Assembly (NCBI GenBank): GCA_945897555.1
Contig: CAMDGF010000004.1
Span: forward strand, 41,450-105,449
Source of the DNA: Klebsiella pneumoniae
Lineage (GTDB): Bacteria > Pseudomonadota > Gammaproteobacteria > Burkholderiales > UBA3065
Direction of reading: 5' to 3'
Length of the DNA: 64,000 nucleotides
Shown in pieces: positions 20,619 through 31,493 of the stretch (the stretch's first letter is position 1; each line of letters begins with the position of its first letter). A model generated the notes under the pieces. That model saw only the letters and a list, made by a program, of their open reading frames with translations, was not told the origin of the DNA and did no database searches. Made by a program: the position numbers and the translations under genes.

Positions 20619-21807
20619 TAACAACGGCGACGGCCCACCCGACCTCGATGAGGTCTTCAAGCGCCTGACCGACGGCCTCAACCGCCTGCTTGGCAACAAG
20701 GGTGGTGGCCGTGGTGGCAACGGCCCGTCACAGTTCAACGGCCCGGGTCGCGCTGGCATCGCTCTGATCGCCGGCGTGTTGGCGCTGGTATGGCTCGCTT
20801 CGGGTTTCTACATCGTCGACGAGAGCGCACGCGGGGTCGTCACGCGCTTTGGCAAGTTCTCAGACACCACCTCGCCGGGCCTGCGCTGGCATCTGCCGTT
20901 TCCGGTCGAACAGGTCGAGGTGATCAACATCTCGCAGGTACGCACGCTGGAATTGGGTTACCGCGGCAATGTGCGCAGCAAGGTGCTCAAGGAATCGCTC
21001 ATGCTCACCGACGACGAGAACATCGTCGATCTGCAGTTCGCCGTGCAGTATGTGCTCAAGAGCCCCGAGGATTTCGTCTTCAACAATCGCAGCCCCGAGG
21101 AATCGGTGTTGCAGGCGGCCGAGACCGCCATCCGCGAGGTGGTGGGCAAGTCCAAGATGGACTTCGTCATCTACGAGGGTCGCGAGCAGGTGGCGCGCGA
21201 CGCCCAGACGCTCATGCAGCAGATCCTTGACCGCTACCGCACGGGCGTGTCGATCAGCCGGGTCACGATGCAGAGCGCGCAGCCGCCCGAACAGGTGCAG
21301 GCCGCCTTCGACGACGCCGTCAAGGCTGGCCAAGACCGCGAGCGCCAGAAGAACGAGGGCGAGGCCTACGCCAATGATGTCGTGCCGAAGGCGCGGGGCT
21401 TGGCTTCGCGTCTGCTCGAAGAGGCCAAGGGCTACCAGAACTCGGTCATCGCCAAGTCAGAGGGTGATGCCGCTCGCTTCTCGGCCTTGCTCACCGAATA
21501 TCGCAAGGCGCCGGGCGTCACCCGCGATCGCCTCTACCTTGAGACCATGCAGCAGATCTACGCCAGCACCACCAAAGTACTGGTCGATCAGAAGCAGGGC
21601 GGCAGCAATCTGCTCTATCTGCCACTCGACAAGCTCATGGAGGCAGGCAGCGTGAACCCGCAGGGGCCGGCATCGGGCAGCGCCATCGAGCCGGGTCGGG
21701 TCACGGCGGAACCGCCTTCGGCCGCTCGCTCCGGCATCGGTGGCTCGGTCGGCGACGACCGCTCGCGCGATGCCCTGCGCAATCGTGACCGGGAGTCCCG
21801 CCAATGA
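20584..21807 (+). CDS. hflK: FtsH protease modulator HflK
   Basis: Start trimmed to MSQNDPQWGRRNNNGDGPPDLDEVFKRL. TM segment plus SPFH/band-7 domain. Overlaps the hflX 3' end. Confidence 0.92.
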   Translation: MSQNDPQWGRRNNNGDGPPDLDEVFKRLTDGLNRLLGNKGGGRGGNGPSQFNGPGRAGIALIAGVLALVWLASGFYIVDESARGVVTRFGKFSDTTSPGLRWHLPFPVEQVEVINISQVRTLELGYRGNVRSKVLKESLMLTDDENIVDLQFAVQYVLKSPEDFVFNNRSPEESVLQAAETAIREVVGKSKMDFVIYEGREQVARDAQTLMQQILDRYRTGVSISRVTMQSAQPPEQVQAAFDDAVKAGQDRERQKNEGEAYANDVVPKARGLASRLLEEAKGYQNSVIAKSEGDAARFSALLTEYRKAPGVTRDRLYLETMQQIYASTTKVLVDQKQGGSNLLYLPLDKLMEAGSVNPQGPASGSAIEPGRVTAEPPSAARSGIGGSVGDDRSRDALRNRDRESRQ

Positions 21808-22673
21808 CCCGCAACGCCATCAGCATCCTCGTCGCCGGCCTGTTTGCGCTGGTCATCCTGCTCGGTTCGATCTACACCGTCGATCAACGGCAGAGCGCCA
21901 TCGTCTTCCAACTCGGCGAGGTGGTGGAGACGGTTGAGACGCCGGGCTTGCATTTCAAGCTGCCGCTGGCCCAGAACGTCCGCTTCTTCGACCGTCGCAT
22001 CCTCACGCTCGACACGCCTGAGCCGGAGCGCTACATCACCTCCGAGAAGAAGAACGTGCTGGTCGACAGCTACGTCAAGTGGCGTATCAAGGACGTGCGT
22101 CAGTTCTACATCTCGGTCAACGGCGACGAGACGCGCGCGGCCACCCGCTTGTCGCAGACCATCAATTCGAGCCTGCGCGATGAGTTCGGCAGCCGCACGG
22201 TGCGCGAAGTGGTGTCCGGCGAGCGCGACAGGATCACCGTGGCCATGCGCGAGACGGCCAACGCAGAGGCGCAAAAGATCGGTGTCGAGGTGGTGGATGT
22301 GCGGATCAAGCGCGTCGAACTGCCGAGCGAGGTGAGCGAGTCGGTGTTCCGCCGCATGGAGGCCGAGCGCAAGCGTGTGGCCAACGAGCTGCGTTCGACG
22401 GGTGCTGCCGAGAGTGAGCGCATCCGCGCCGATGCCGACAAGCAGCGCGAAGTCATCCTCGCCGAGGCCTACCGCGAGGCACAGCGTATCAAGGGTGTGG
22501 GCGATGCGCGTTCGGCCGAGATCTACGGTCGGGCTTACGGAGCCGATGGCGAGTTCTACGCCTTCTATCGCAGCCTTGAGGCCTACCGCTCCAGCTTCAA
22601 GGATCGCTCTGACATGCTGGTGCTCGACCCATCCAGCGACTTCTTCAAATACATGAAGAAGTCGGGGCGCTGA
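21804..22673 (+). CDS. hflC: FtsH protease modulator HflC
   Basis: 289 aa with an N-terminal TM segment and an SPFH domain. ATGA overlap with hflK. Confidence 0.92.
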   Translation: MTRNAISILVAGLFALVILLGSIYTVDQRQSAIVFQLGEVVETVETPGLHFKLPLAQNVRFFDRRILTLDTPEPERYITSEKKNVLVDSYVKWRIKDVRQFYISVNGDETRAATRLSQTINSSLRDEFGSRTVREVVSGERDRITVAMRETANAEAQKIGVEVVDVRIKRVELPSEVSESVFRRMEAERKRVANELRSTGAAESERIRADADKQREVILAEAYREAQRIKGVGDARSAEIYGRAYGADGEFYAFYRSLEAYRSSFKDRSDMLVLDPSSDFFKYMKKSGR

Positions 22674-22704
22674 GCTCGACACGCCTCTCATCGAGCCGTC
22701 TCTG

Positions 22705-23688
22705 ATGCGCAACTGGGTCCTGCCCGACCAGATCGAGGATGTGCTGCCCGGGCGGGCAAGGCAGATGGAGGCGCTGCGTCGAAGCCTGCTGGATGGCTTC
22801 GATGCCGCCGGATACGAGCTGGTAGCGCCGCCTCTGGTGGAGTTCCTGGACTCGCTGCTCACCGGCACTGGTGCTGACCTCGACGCCCAGACCTTCAAGT
22901 TCACCGACCCTTTGAGCGGCCGTCTTCTGGGCATTCGCGCCGACATCACACCGCAGACGGCGCGCATCGACGCGCACCTGCTGGGTGAGAGCGGCGTGAC
23001 CCGCCTGTGCTACGCCGGCGAGGTGCTGCAGGCGCGGCCGTCGGCCATGCACCATTCGCGGCAACCCTATCTGGTGGGTGCCGAACTGTACGGCGACGCC
23101 ACCGTAGCGGCCGACCTCGAAGTGCTCCGCTTGCTGCTCAATGGGCTCGCACCCTTGCGCTCGGCGGAGGGTCTGCCGCCACTCCTGCTCGATTTTGGTC
23201 ACGCCGACATCTTTCGTGCGCTGGTGGCCGATGCGCCGGCCGAGGTCGCGGCGCGCCTGTTGCCGCTCATCGCCGCCAAGCAGGCAGATATCGTTGCGCA
23301 GCAAGCCCGGGGCCTCGCCCACGCGGACGCGCTGGCGCGTCTGTGCCACCTGTATGGCGGCGTCGAGGTGCTCGAGCGTGCTGCCAGCGAGCTGCCCGCA
23401 TTGCCCGCGGTGCAGGCGGCGCTTGCCACCATGCGCCAGGTGGCCGAAGGCTTGGCTGGCTTGCCGGTGGCGCTCTCCTGCGATCTGGGCGAGTTGCGCG
23501 GCTTCAGCTACCACAGCGGTCTGGTGTTCTCGGTGTATGCCGAGGGTGGCGCTGATGCCATCGCCAATGGCGGCCGCTACGACGAGGTCGGTCGCGCTTT
23601 CGGTCGTGCACGCCCGGCCACTGGCTTCAGCGTCGATCTCAAGGAACTCGTGCGGCTGCTCCCGGCACCGCAACCCCGCGCCCGCTGA
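22705..23688 (+). CDS. hisZ: ATP phosphoribosyltransferase regulatory subunit (HisRS paralogue)
   Basis: 327 aa, with WVLPDQIEDVLPGRARQME and GGRYDEVGRAFGRARPATGFSVDL. Conserved position between hflC and purA. Confidence 0.85.
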   Translation: MRNWVLPDQIEDVLPGRARQMEALRRSLLDGFDAAGYELVAPPLVEFLDSLLTGTGADLDAQTFKFTDPLSGRLLGIRADITPQTARIDAHLLGESGVTRLCYAGEVLQARPSAMHHSRQPYLVGAELYGDATVAADLEVLRLLLNGLAPLRSAEGLPPLLLDFGHADIFRALVADAPAEVAARLLPLIAAKQADIVAQQARGLAHADALARLCHLYGGVEVLERAASELPALPAVQAALATMRQVAEGLAGLPVALSCDLGELRGFSYHSGLVFSVYAEGGADAIANGGRYDEVGRAFGRARPATGFSVDLKELVRLLPAPQPRAR

Positions 23689-25029
<1,341 letters not shown>

Positions 25030-25040
25030 TTCCGACGCTA

Positions 25041-25155
25041 GCCCACTACCTCGGCGGAGTGGTTGGCGGCCCTCTACCTCGGGTGTCACTTGTTCTCGCT
25101 CCCGCTCGCTTGCGCTCGAAGGTCGCTTCGAAAAGGACACCCGACGGGGGCCGCC
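25041..25155 (+). repeat. Imperfect-palindrome intergenic repeat, copy R2, preceded by a duplicated left-end fragment
   Basis: The core at 25065-25155 has terminal inverted ends GGCGGCCC/GGGCCGCC and inner arms GGGTGTC/GACACCC. 25041-25057 (GCCCACTACCTCGGCGG) repeats the left flank seen at 12323-12339. It starts 12 nt after the purA stop. Confidence 0.8.
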
Positions 25156-25295
25156 AGCGGGCGTTCATGGCACTCCGATGACTGTCGCTGGCCGGTACTC
25201 GGCCCAGCCACCAATCGGTGAGATGTCCGATGCGGCCATAAAGCTGCTGCGCGATAGTGGGTGACATTCCTGGCACAGAGCGCTAGCATCATTGC

Positions 25296-25583
25296 ATGCA
25301 GAACGATATCAAAAATGATGGCACTGCCAATCTGAGTGTGCGCGGCATCTCGCCCGCCACGATGGGGGCGCTGCGGCAACGCGCTTCGCGCGACGGCTCC
25401 AGTATCAACAGCGTGGTCGTGCGGCTGTTGGATCAAGGCCTTGGCCGACCACCTGCGGCCGGGCGTCTGCAGACCTTTGATGACCTCGATGCTCTGGCTG
25501 GGAGCTGGACCGCTGAGGAGGCGGAAGCGTTTGCTGCGGATACGCGAGGTTTCACGACCATCGACCCGGCGCAGTGGCGCTAG
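25296..25583 (+). CDS. Type II antitoxin, ribbon-helix-helix (FitA/VapB-like)
   Basis: 95 aa. NLSVRGISPATMGALRQRASRDGSSINSVVVRLL is a typical RHH antitoxin N-terminus. The stop lies 1 nt before the PIN toxin start. Confidence 0.75.
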   Translation: MQNDIKNDGTANLSVRGISPATMGALRQRASRDGSSINSVVVRLLDQGLGRPPAAGRLQTFDDLDALAGSWTAEEAEAFAADTRGFTTIDPAQWR

Positions 25584-25584
25584 C

Positions 25585-25995
25585 GTGCGTCCGGTCCTCG
25601 TCGATACCTGCGCCTACGCTGCTTTCATGTCGGGCCAAGCAGAGGTGGTGGAGGTGTTGCGCCACGCGCCGCGCATCCATCTCAATACCGTGGTGCTCGG
25701 CGAACTGATCGGCGGCTTTGCCGCCGGTTCGCGTGAGGCGGCCAACCGTCAGTCGTTGTCGCAGTTCCTCGATTCACCACGTGTGAGCATTCTCGACCTC
25801 ACCGTCGATACCGCTGATGCTTACGCGCAGGTCTGGCTCGGACTGCGCCGCAAGGGGCAACCTATTCCGGCAAACGATCTCTGGATAGCCGCTACGGCGC
25901 TTGAGCACGGTGCTGCGCTGCTCACGCTTGATGCTCACTTCCACCAAGTGGATGGCTTGCGCGTCGTGGAACGGTTGGCCGACCTGCTGCCTTGA
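25585..25995 (+). CDS. vapC: Type II toxin, PIN-domain ribonuclease VapC
   Basis: GTG start at 25585, in the frame of track ORF 25336..25995. VLVDTCAYAAF (first acidic Asp), ...ANDLWIAATALEHGAALLTLDAHF (PIN C-terminal block). Confidence 0.8.
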   Translation: MRPVLVDTCAYAAFMSGQAEVVEVLRHAPRIHLNTVVLGELIGGFAAGSREAANRQSLSQFLDSPRVSILDLTVDTADAYAQVWLGLRRKGQPIPANDLWIAATALEHGAALLTLDAHFHQVDGLRVVERLADLLP

Positions 25996-26000
25996 GACAA

Positions 26001-26030
26001 CAGAAAACCCGGCTCTTGCCGGGTTTTCTG
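26001..26030. terminator. Bidirectional rho-independent terminator between vapC and rplI
   Basis: Perfect 13-bp stem CAGAAAACCCGGC / GCCGGGTTTTCTG with loop TCTT. A/T runs are built into both arms, and it sits between convergent genes. Confidence 0.8.
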
Positions 26031-26080
26031 TGTCGGGCGAGCGGAACGCCAATGTGTGCGTTTGCGCCCTGTGCAAAAGA

Positions 26081-26530
26081 TCAGGCTTCGGGCGAAACCA
26101 CCACCTTGACCTCAACCACCACGTCCTGGTGCAGCGAGACGGTGACGGCGTGCTCGCCGAGGGTCTTGAGCGGACCATCGGGCATGCGCACGTTCATCTT
26201 TTCGACCGTCTGGCCAGCCTTGGCGAGCGCCTCGGCAACATCGGCGTTGGTCACCGACCCGAACAGCTTGCCGTCGACGCCAGCTTTCTGTTCGACGGTG
26301 ATGGTCAGGTCGGTCATTTCGGCAGCCTGTGCCTGCGCAGCGGCCAGACGGGCGGCCTCGGCAGCCTCCAGCTCGGCACGGCGCGCCTCGAAGGCGGCGA
26401 TGTTGTTCTGCGTGGCGCGCTTGGCCTTGCCCTGCGGGATCAGGAAATTACGGGCGTAGCCGTCCTTCACCTTGACCACGTCGCCGAGCTGGCCGAGGTT
26501 GACGACCTTCTCCATGAGGATGATCTGCAT
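26081..26530 (-). CDS. rplI: 50S ribosomal protein L9
   Basis: 149 aa: [40 protein letters not shown]. Confidence 0.97.
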   Translation of the reverse strand: MQIILMEKVVNLGQLGDVVKVKDGYARNFLIPQGKAKRATQNNIAAFEARRAELEAAEAARLAAAQAQAAEMTDLTITVEQKAGVDGKLFGSVTNADVAEALAKAGQTVEKMNVRMPDGPLKTLGEHAVTVSLHQDVVVEVKVVVSPEA

Positions 26531-26542
26531 GTCGCTGGCTCC

Positions 26543-26806
26543 TCAGTGCAGGTCGGTGTAGGGCAGCAGCGCCAGATAACGCGCGCGCTTGATCGCTTCC
26601 GACAGCTGGCGCTGGTAGAACGCGCGGGTGCCGGAGATGCGGGCCGGGGTGATCTTGCCGTTCTCGGTGATGAAGTCCTTGAGCAGTTCGACGTCCTTGT
26701 AATCGATCTGATCGATCTTCTCGGCGGTGAAACGGCAGAACTTCTTGCGACGGAAGAGGGCCTTGGAGCCGCCACCGTCACGCTTCTTCTTGAAATCGCG
26801 AGCCAT
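26543..26806 (-). CDS. rpsR: 30S ribosomal protein S18
   Basis: 87 aa: [43 protein letters not shown]. Confidence 0.97.
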   Translation of the reverse strand: MARDFKKKRDGGGSKALFRRKKFCRFTAEKIDQIDYKDVELLKDFITENGKITPARISGTRAFYQRQLSEAIKRARYLALLPYTDLH

Positions 26807-26836
26807 GTTCTAGATGTCCTTTGAGTGTGCGGGCGC

Positions 26837-27226
26837 TCAGGCCTCTTCGACCGTGGCAGTGGCCGCGGCGGGCGTCTCGCTCGCGTTCGAGATGACGTTG
26901 CGCGACTTCTCTTCCTTCATCATCGGCGAGGGCTCGGTCTGAGCCTTGTCCTGGCGGATGGTGAGGTGGCGCAGCACCGCGTCGTTGAAGCGGAAGGCAT
27001 CCTCGAGCTCGGCGAGAACCTCCGAGGTGCACTCGATGTTCATCAGCACGTAGTGCGCCTTGTGGATCTTTGCGATCGGGTAGGCCAGCTGACGGCGGCC
27101 CCAGTCTTCCAGGCGGTGGATCCGGCCGCCTCCGTTGCCAACGGTGGCGCGGTAACGTTCGATCATGCCCGGGACCTGTTCCGACTGGTCCGGATGCACG
27201 ATGAACACGATCTCGTAGTGACGCAT
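26837..27226 (-). CDS. rpsF: 30S ribosomal protein S6
   Basis: Start trimmed to [25 protein letters not shown]. 129 aa with an acidic/Ala-rich tail. Confidence 0.95.
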   Translation of the reverse strand: MRHYEIVFIVHPDQSEQVPGMIERYRATVGNGGGRIHRLEDWGRRQLAYPIAKIHKAHYVLMNIECTSEVLAELEDAFRFNDAVLRHLTIRQDKAQTEPSPMMKEEKSRNVISNASETPAAATATVEEA

Positions 27227-27376
27227 CGCATCTCCTTGTGGATTTAAAGCCTGCCGGTGCGAGACGGTCAGGCAAGGTAGGCCGGCGATGGCCGGCAAAC
27301 AGTCTCTTCGCTGCTCAATGACTCTGACTCAGCGAAGCCCGGCATTATGCGATGTCCATGTGAGCGGCGCAAGGCT

Positions 27377-28106
<730 letters not shown>

Positions 28107-28117
<11 letters not shown>

Positions 28118-30506
28118 GGCCGCGCCCCTTGCCCGTGCTGCCAGCGGAGGCCTTGGCCGTGCCAGCCTTTGCGGCACTGGCCTTGGCGCCCCGTCCGCGC
28201 CCGCGCGCCGGCACCGCTGTTGCGTCGGGGCCGCTGTCGTCGGTCTCGCCGCCGCCTTCGACCAGCGCGAAGTCGATGCGCGTGGTCTCGATGTCGGCAC
28301 GCACCACCTGCACGGTTAGCCGGTCGCCCAGGCGGAACTGGCGGCCAGTGCGCTCGCCGAGCAAGCGATGCTTGTCGGCTTCAAAGTGGAAGTAATCCGT
28401 GCCCAGCTCGGAGATGTGCACCAGGCCCTCGATGAACACCTCGTCGAGCATCACAAAGATGCCAAAGCCGGTCACCGCGCTCACCGTACCGGGAAAAACC
28501 TCACCCACGCGCTCGGACATGAAGGTGCACTTGAGCCAGTTCAGCACGTCGCGGCTCGCCTCGTCGGCGCGGCGCTCGGTCATCGAGCACTGGCTGCCCA
28601 TGGCATTCCAGTCGTCGGCTGCGTAAGTCTTCTTCTTCACCACGGCCTTGATGGCGCGGTGCACCAGCAGATCCGGGTAGCGGCGGATGGGGCTGGTGAA
28701 GTGCGCGTAGGCTTCGTAGGCCAGGCCAAAGTGGCCGATGTTGTCGGGGCTGTACACGGCCTGACTCAGGGACCGCAGCATGACGGTTTGAAGAAGACTG
28801 GCATCCGGCCGCTCGCGCACCTGCGCCAGCAACTTGCCGTAATCGGCTGCAGAAGGTTTGTCGCCACCGCCCAAGCCGAGGCCGAACTCGGCCATGAAGG
28901 CGCGCAGGTTGGCCAGCCGGTCAGGCGAAGGGCCATCGTGGACGCGGTAGAGCGTGGGGTGCTCAGCGCGGATCAGGATGTCGGCAGCGCAGACGTTGGC
29001 CGCCAGCATGCACTCCTCGATCAGTTTGTGTGCGTCGTTGCGCACCACCGGAACCACGCGCTCGATGCGGCCCTCGCGGGTGAACAGGATCTGCGTCTCG
29101 GTGGTCTCGAAATCGATCGCGCCACGCTTGCTGCGCGCGCCCAACAGCGCCTTGAAGACGGCGTAGAGATTCTGCAGCTCGGGTAGCAGCCGGCGGGTGT
29201 CGTCGTCCAGCGGGCCGCCGGAGAGTGCGTCCCAGACACGGTTGTAAGTAAGCCGCGCCTGACTGTGCATCACCGCCGCGTAGAAGCGGTAGTCGCCGAT
29301 CTGTCCTTTTGAGTCGATCTCCATGTCGCAGACCATGCACAGGCGATCGACTTTCGGATTCAGTGAGCAAAGCCCGTTGCTCAGGACCTCGGGCAGCATC
29401 GGGATGACGCGCCGCGGGAAGTACACCGAGTTGCCACGGTTGAGCGCCTCGCGGTCCAGTGCATCGCCGGGCTGCACGTAGTGGCTCACGTCGGCGATGG
29501 CGACGATCAGGCGCCAGCCCTTGCCCTGCGGCTCGCACCAGACGGCGTCGTCAAAATCCTTGGCGGTCTCGCCGTCTATGGTCACCAGCGGCAGTTGGCG
29601 GATGTCTTCGCGGCCCTTGAGGTCGGGCTTTTGCACGCCCATGGGCAGCTGGTCGGCCTGCTTGGCGGCCTCGGGCGGGAACTCGTAGGGCAGGTCGTGC
29701 TTGCGCAGCGCGATCTCGATCTCCATGCCGGCGTCGCCGTAGTTGCCGAGCACCTCGACCACTCGCGCTGTGGGTTCGGCGGCGCGCGAGGGCTGCGTCA
29801 GCAGCTCGACCGACACCACCTGCCCGGGCTGCGCGCCTGCGTGCTGGCCGGGCGCAACGAGGATGTCCTGCGCGATGCGGCGGTTCTCGGCAGCGACGAA
29901 CCAGATGCCGTTCTCGCAGTAGATCCGCCCCACCAGCGTGCGGTTCTTGCGCTGCAGCACCTCGACGATGCTGCCCTCAGGCCGGCCGCGGTTGTCGCGG
30001 CCCTTGATACGCACCACCACGCGGTCGCCGTGCAGCACCTGGTGCATCTCACGCGGCGAGAGCCAGATGTCGGCCGAGCCGTCGTCGGGGATGCAGAAGC
30101 CAAAGCCATCCGGGTGGCCATCGACGCGGCCCGGCACCAGGTCGAGCTTGTCTAGCAGGCCGATGGCGCCGCGCCGGTTGCGCAGGATCTGGCCATCGCG
30201 CTCCATGGCAGCGAGGCGGCGGCTGAACACTTCGAACTCTTCCGGGCGCACGCCGACCAGTTTGGCCAGCTGCACCTCACCCAGCGGCACGCCCTGCTCG
30301 CGCAGGGTCTGCAACACGTATTCGCGAGAGGGCAGGGGGTTGTCGTAGCGCTGCTTCTCGCGCTCAAGGTGTGGGTCGCGCTGGCGTGGGTCGGTGGCGG
30401 GGCCGGTCTTGCGGCTGCGTCCGCTGGTGCTGGTTCGGGTTGAGGGCCTTGAGGTGGAGGCCGTGCTGCTGGCAGCGCGTGCGCCGCTCTTTTTCGTGGT
30501 CTTCAT
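28107..30506 (-). CDS. rnr: Ribonuclease R
   Basis: Start trimmed to MKTTKKSGARAAS (CAT at 30504-30506), because the longer track ORF would overlap tRNA-Leu. RNB domain (TIDGETAKDFDDAVW, YFPRRVIPMLPE), a C-terminal S1 domain and a basic tail. Confidence 0.93.
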
Positions 30507-30549
30507 TGATTTCCGGTGGGGTTTTGTATAGTCTGCGCCCTCCTGAGCT

Positions 30550-30636
30550 GCCCAGGTGGCGAAATTGGTAGACGCACTAGGTTCAGGTCCTAGCGGTGGC
30601 AACACTGTGGAGGTTCGAGTCCTCTCCTGGGCACCA
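30550..30636 (+). tRNA. tRNA-Leu (anticodon CAG)
   Basis: GCCCAGG acceptor pairing with CCTGGGC, anticodon arm CTAGG-TTCAGGT-CCTAG, long variable arm, GGTTCGAGTCC T-loop, and encoded CCA. 87 nt. Confidence 0.92.
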
Positions 30637-30643
30637 CCCGATC

Positions 30644-30672
30644 AACCCGGCGGCAGCCGGGTTTTTCTTTTG
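30644..30672 (+). terminator. Rho-independent terminator after tRNA-Leu
   Basis: AACCCGGC-GGCA-GCCGGGTT followed by TTTCTTTT. Confidence 0.75.
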
Positions 30673-30769
30673 GCGGGGTCGCGTGGCGATCCCAGCGCTC
30701 CGCCCATTTGACCACAAGTCCGACACCTGCGCCCTGAGCGCGGCATCGTCAGCATGCGTCCCGCGCCCT

Positions 30770-31228
30770 TTAGCGCGATCGGTCAGCAGGGGGCTGCCGC
30801 TCCAGCAGCACCAGCAGGGATTCCAGTTCTGCCAGGGTGAGGTCTGGCAGCAGACGGCCGATACGGGCGCGCAGGTCTTGATGTCGAGCTCGTTGCTGAT
30901 CAAACCCGTTGCCGTGGTGCTGGTCGCCGTTGCCGGCCCCCCCTTGTTGCAATCTGCCAGGCGCCGCATCGGCCGGGCTTTCGGCGCTGGCGTGCACAAA
31001 CAGGTCGCCCGGCGCGCAATCCAACCACTGACACAGCGCCGGTACCCGGTGCAGTTCCGGCAGCGATAGCCCACGGATCCACCGCCGCATGGTCTCGGCA
31101 CTCACCGGCCGCCGCCATTGGTCGGCCTGATTGAGTGCCCGCGCCAGCTCGCTGGCACTCGGCAGATCGCCGTCGTGCCGGGCCCGGATGCGGCTGCGCA
31201 GGCCGTGAGAAAAGTTCTCTGGACTCAT
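30770..31228 (-). CDS. XRE-type HTH transcriptional regulator (paralogue 1 of a divergent pair)
   Basis: 152 aa. SASELARAL...VSAETMRRWIRGLSLPELHRVPALCQWLDCAPGDLF is an HTH_XRE-like core. Paralogous to 31494..31955. Confidence 0.65.
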   Translation of the reverse strand: MSPENFSHGLRSRIRARHDGDLPSASELARALNQADQWRRPVSAETMRRWIRGLSLPELHRVPALCQWLDCAPGDLFVHASAESPADAAPGRLQQGGAGNGDQHHGNGFDQQRARHQDLRARIGRLLPDLTLAELESLLVLLERQPPADRSR

Positions 31229-31493
31229 GTCGGCCGGGGTGGCGCTTGGGTGCCGGTTGTTAAAACGTTCAAGGGTCGAAAAAAATCCGCATCAGGTTCA
31301 CGGCATGAGGTCAGTGGCGACACGATTCTTTGCTGCGCCAAACGGCGCCGCGGCGCGTTTTACGAGGTATAAATGCTAAATGCAGCTTTAAATTGTGCGT
31401 GACACAAATGTGTGGTGTTTGCGGGTGAAAACTCCTCATATCTTTGGGTCAAGGGCGGGTCCGAGCGCGTAGCGTGAAGCGGATCCAAGGGGA
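31229..31493. promoter_or_regulatory. AT-rich divergent promoter/operator region between the two XRE paralogues
   Basis: The locally lowest-GC stretch (GGTATAAATGCTAAATGCAGCTTTAAATTG...). It contains the 12-nt perfect palindrome GCGCCGCGGCGC (31345-31356) and the inverted repeat ACACA-AA-TGTGT (31402-31413). Confidence 0.45.

Noticed and set aside
25262-25290. TGGCAC...GC motif upstream of the RHH antitoxin resembling a sigma-54 -24/-12 promoter
   Set aside because: The spacing between GG and GC does not fit the GG-N10-GC rule in any register.
30507-30605. N-terminal 33-codon extension of the RNase R ORF
   Set aside because: It would run through tRNA-Leu on the opposite strand. The Met at 30506 gives a typical basic RNase R N-terminus.
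31118-31372. 84-aa plus-strand ORF in and overlapping the XRE-pair spacer
   Set aside because: It overlaps the 5' end of the minus-strand regulator, has no motif or SD, and has non-coding-like composition.
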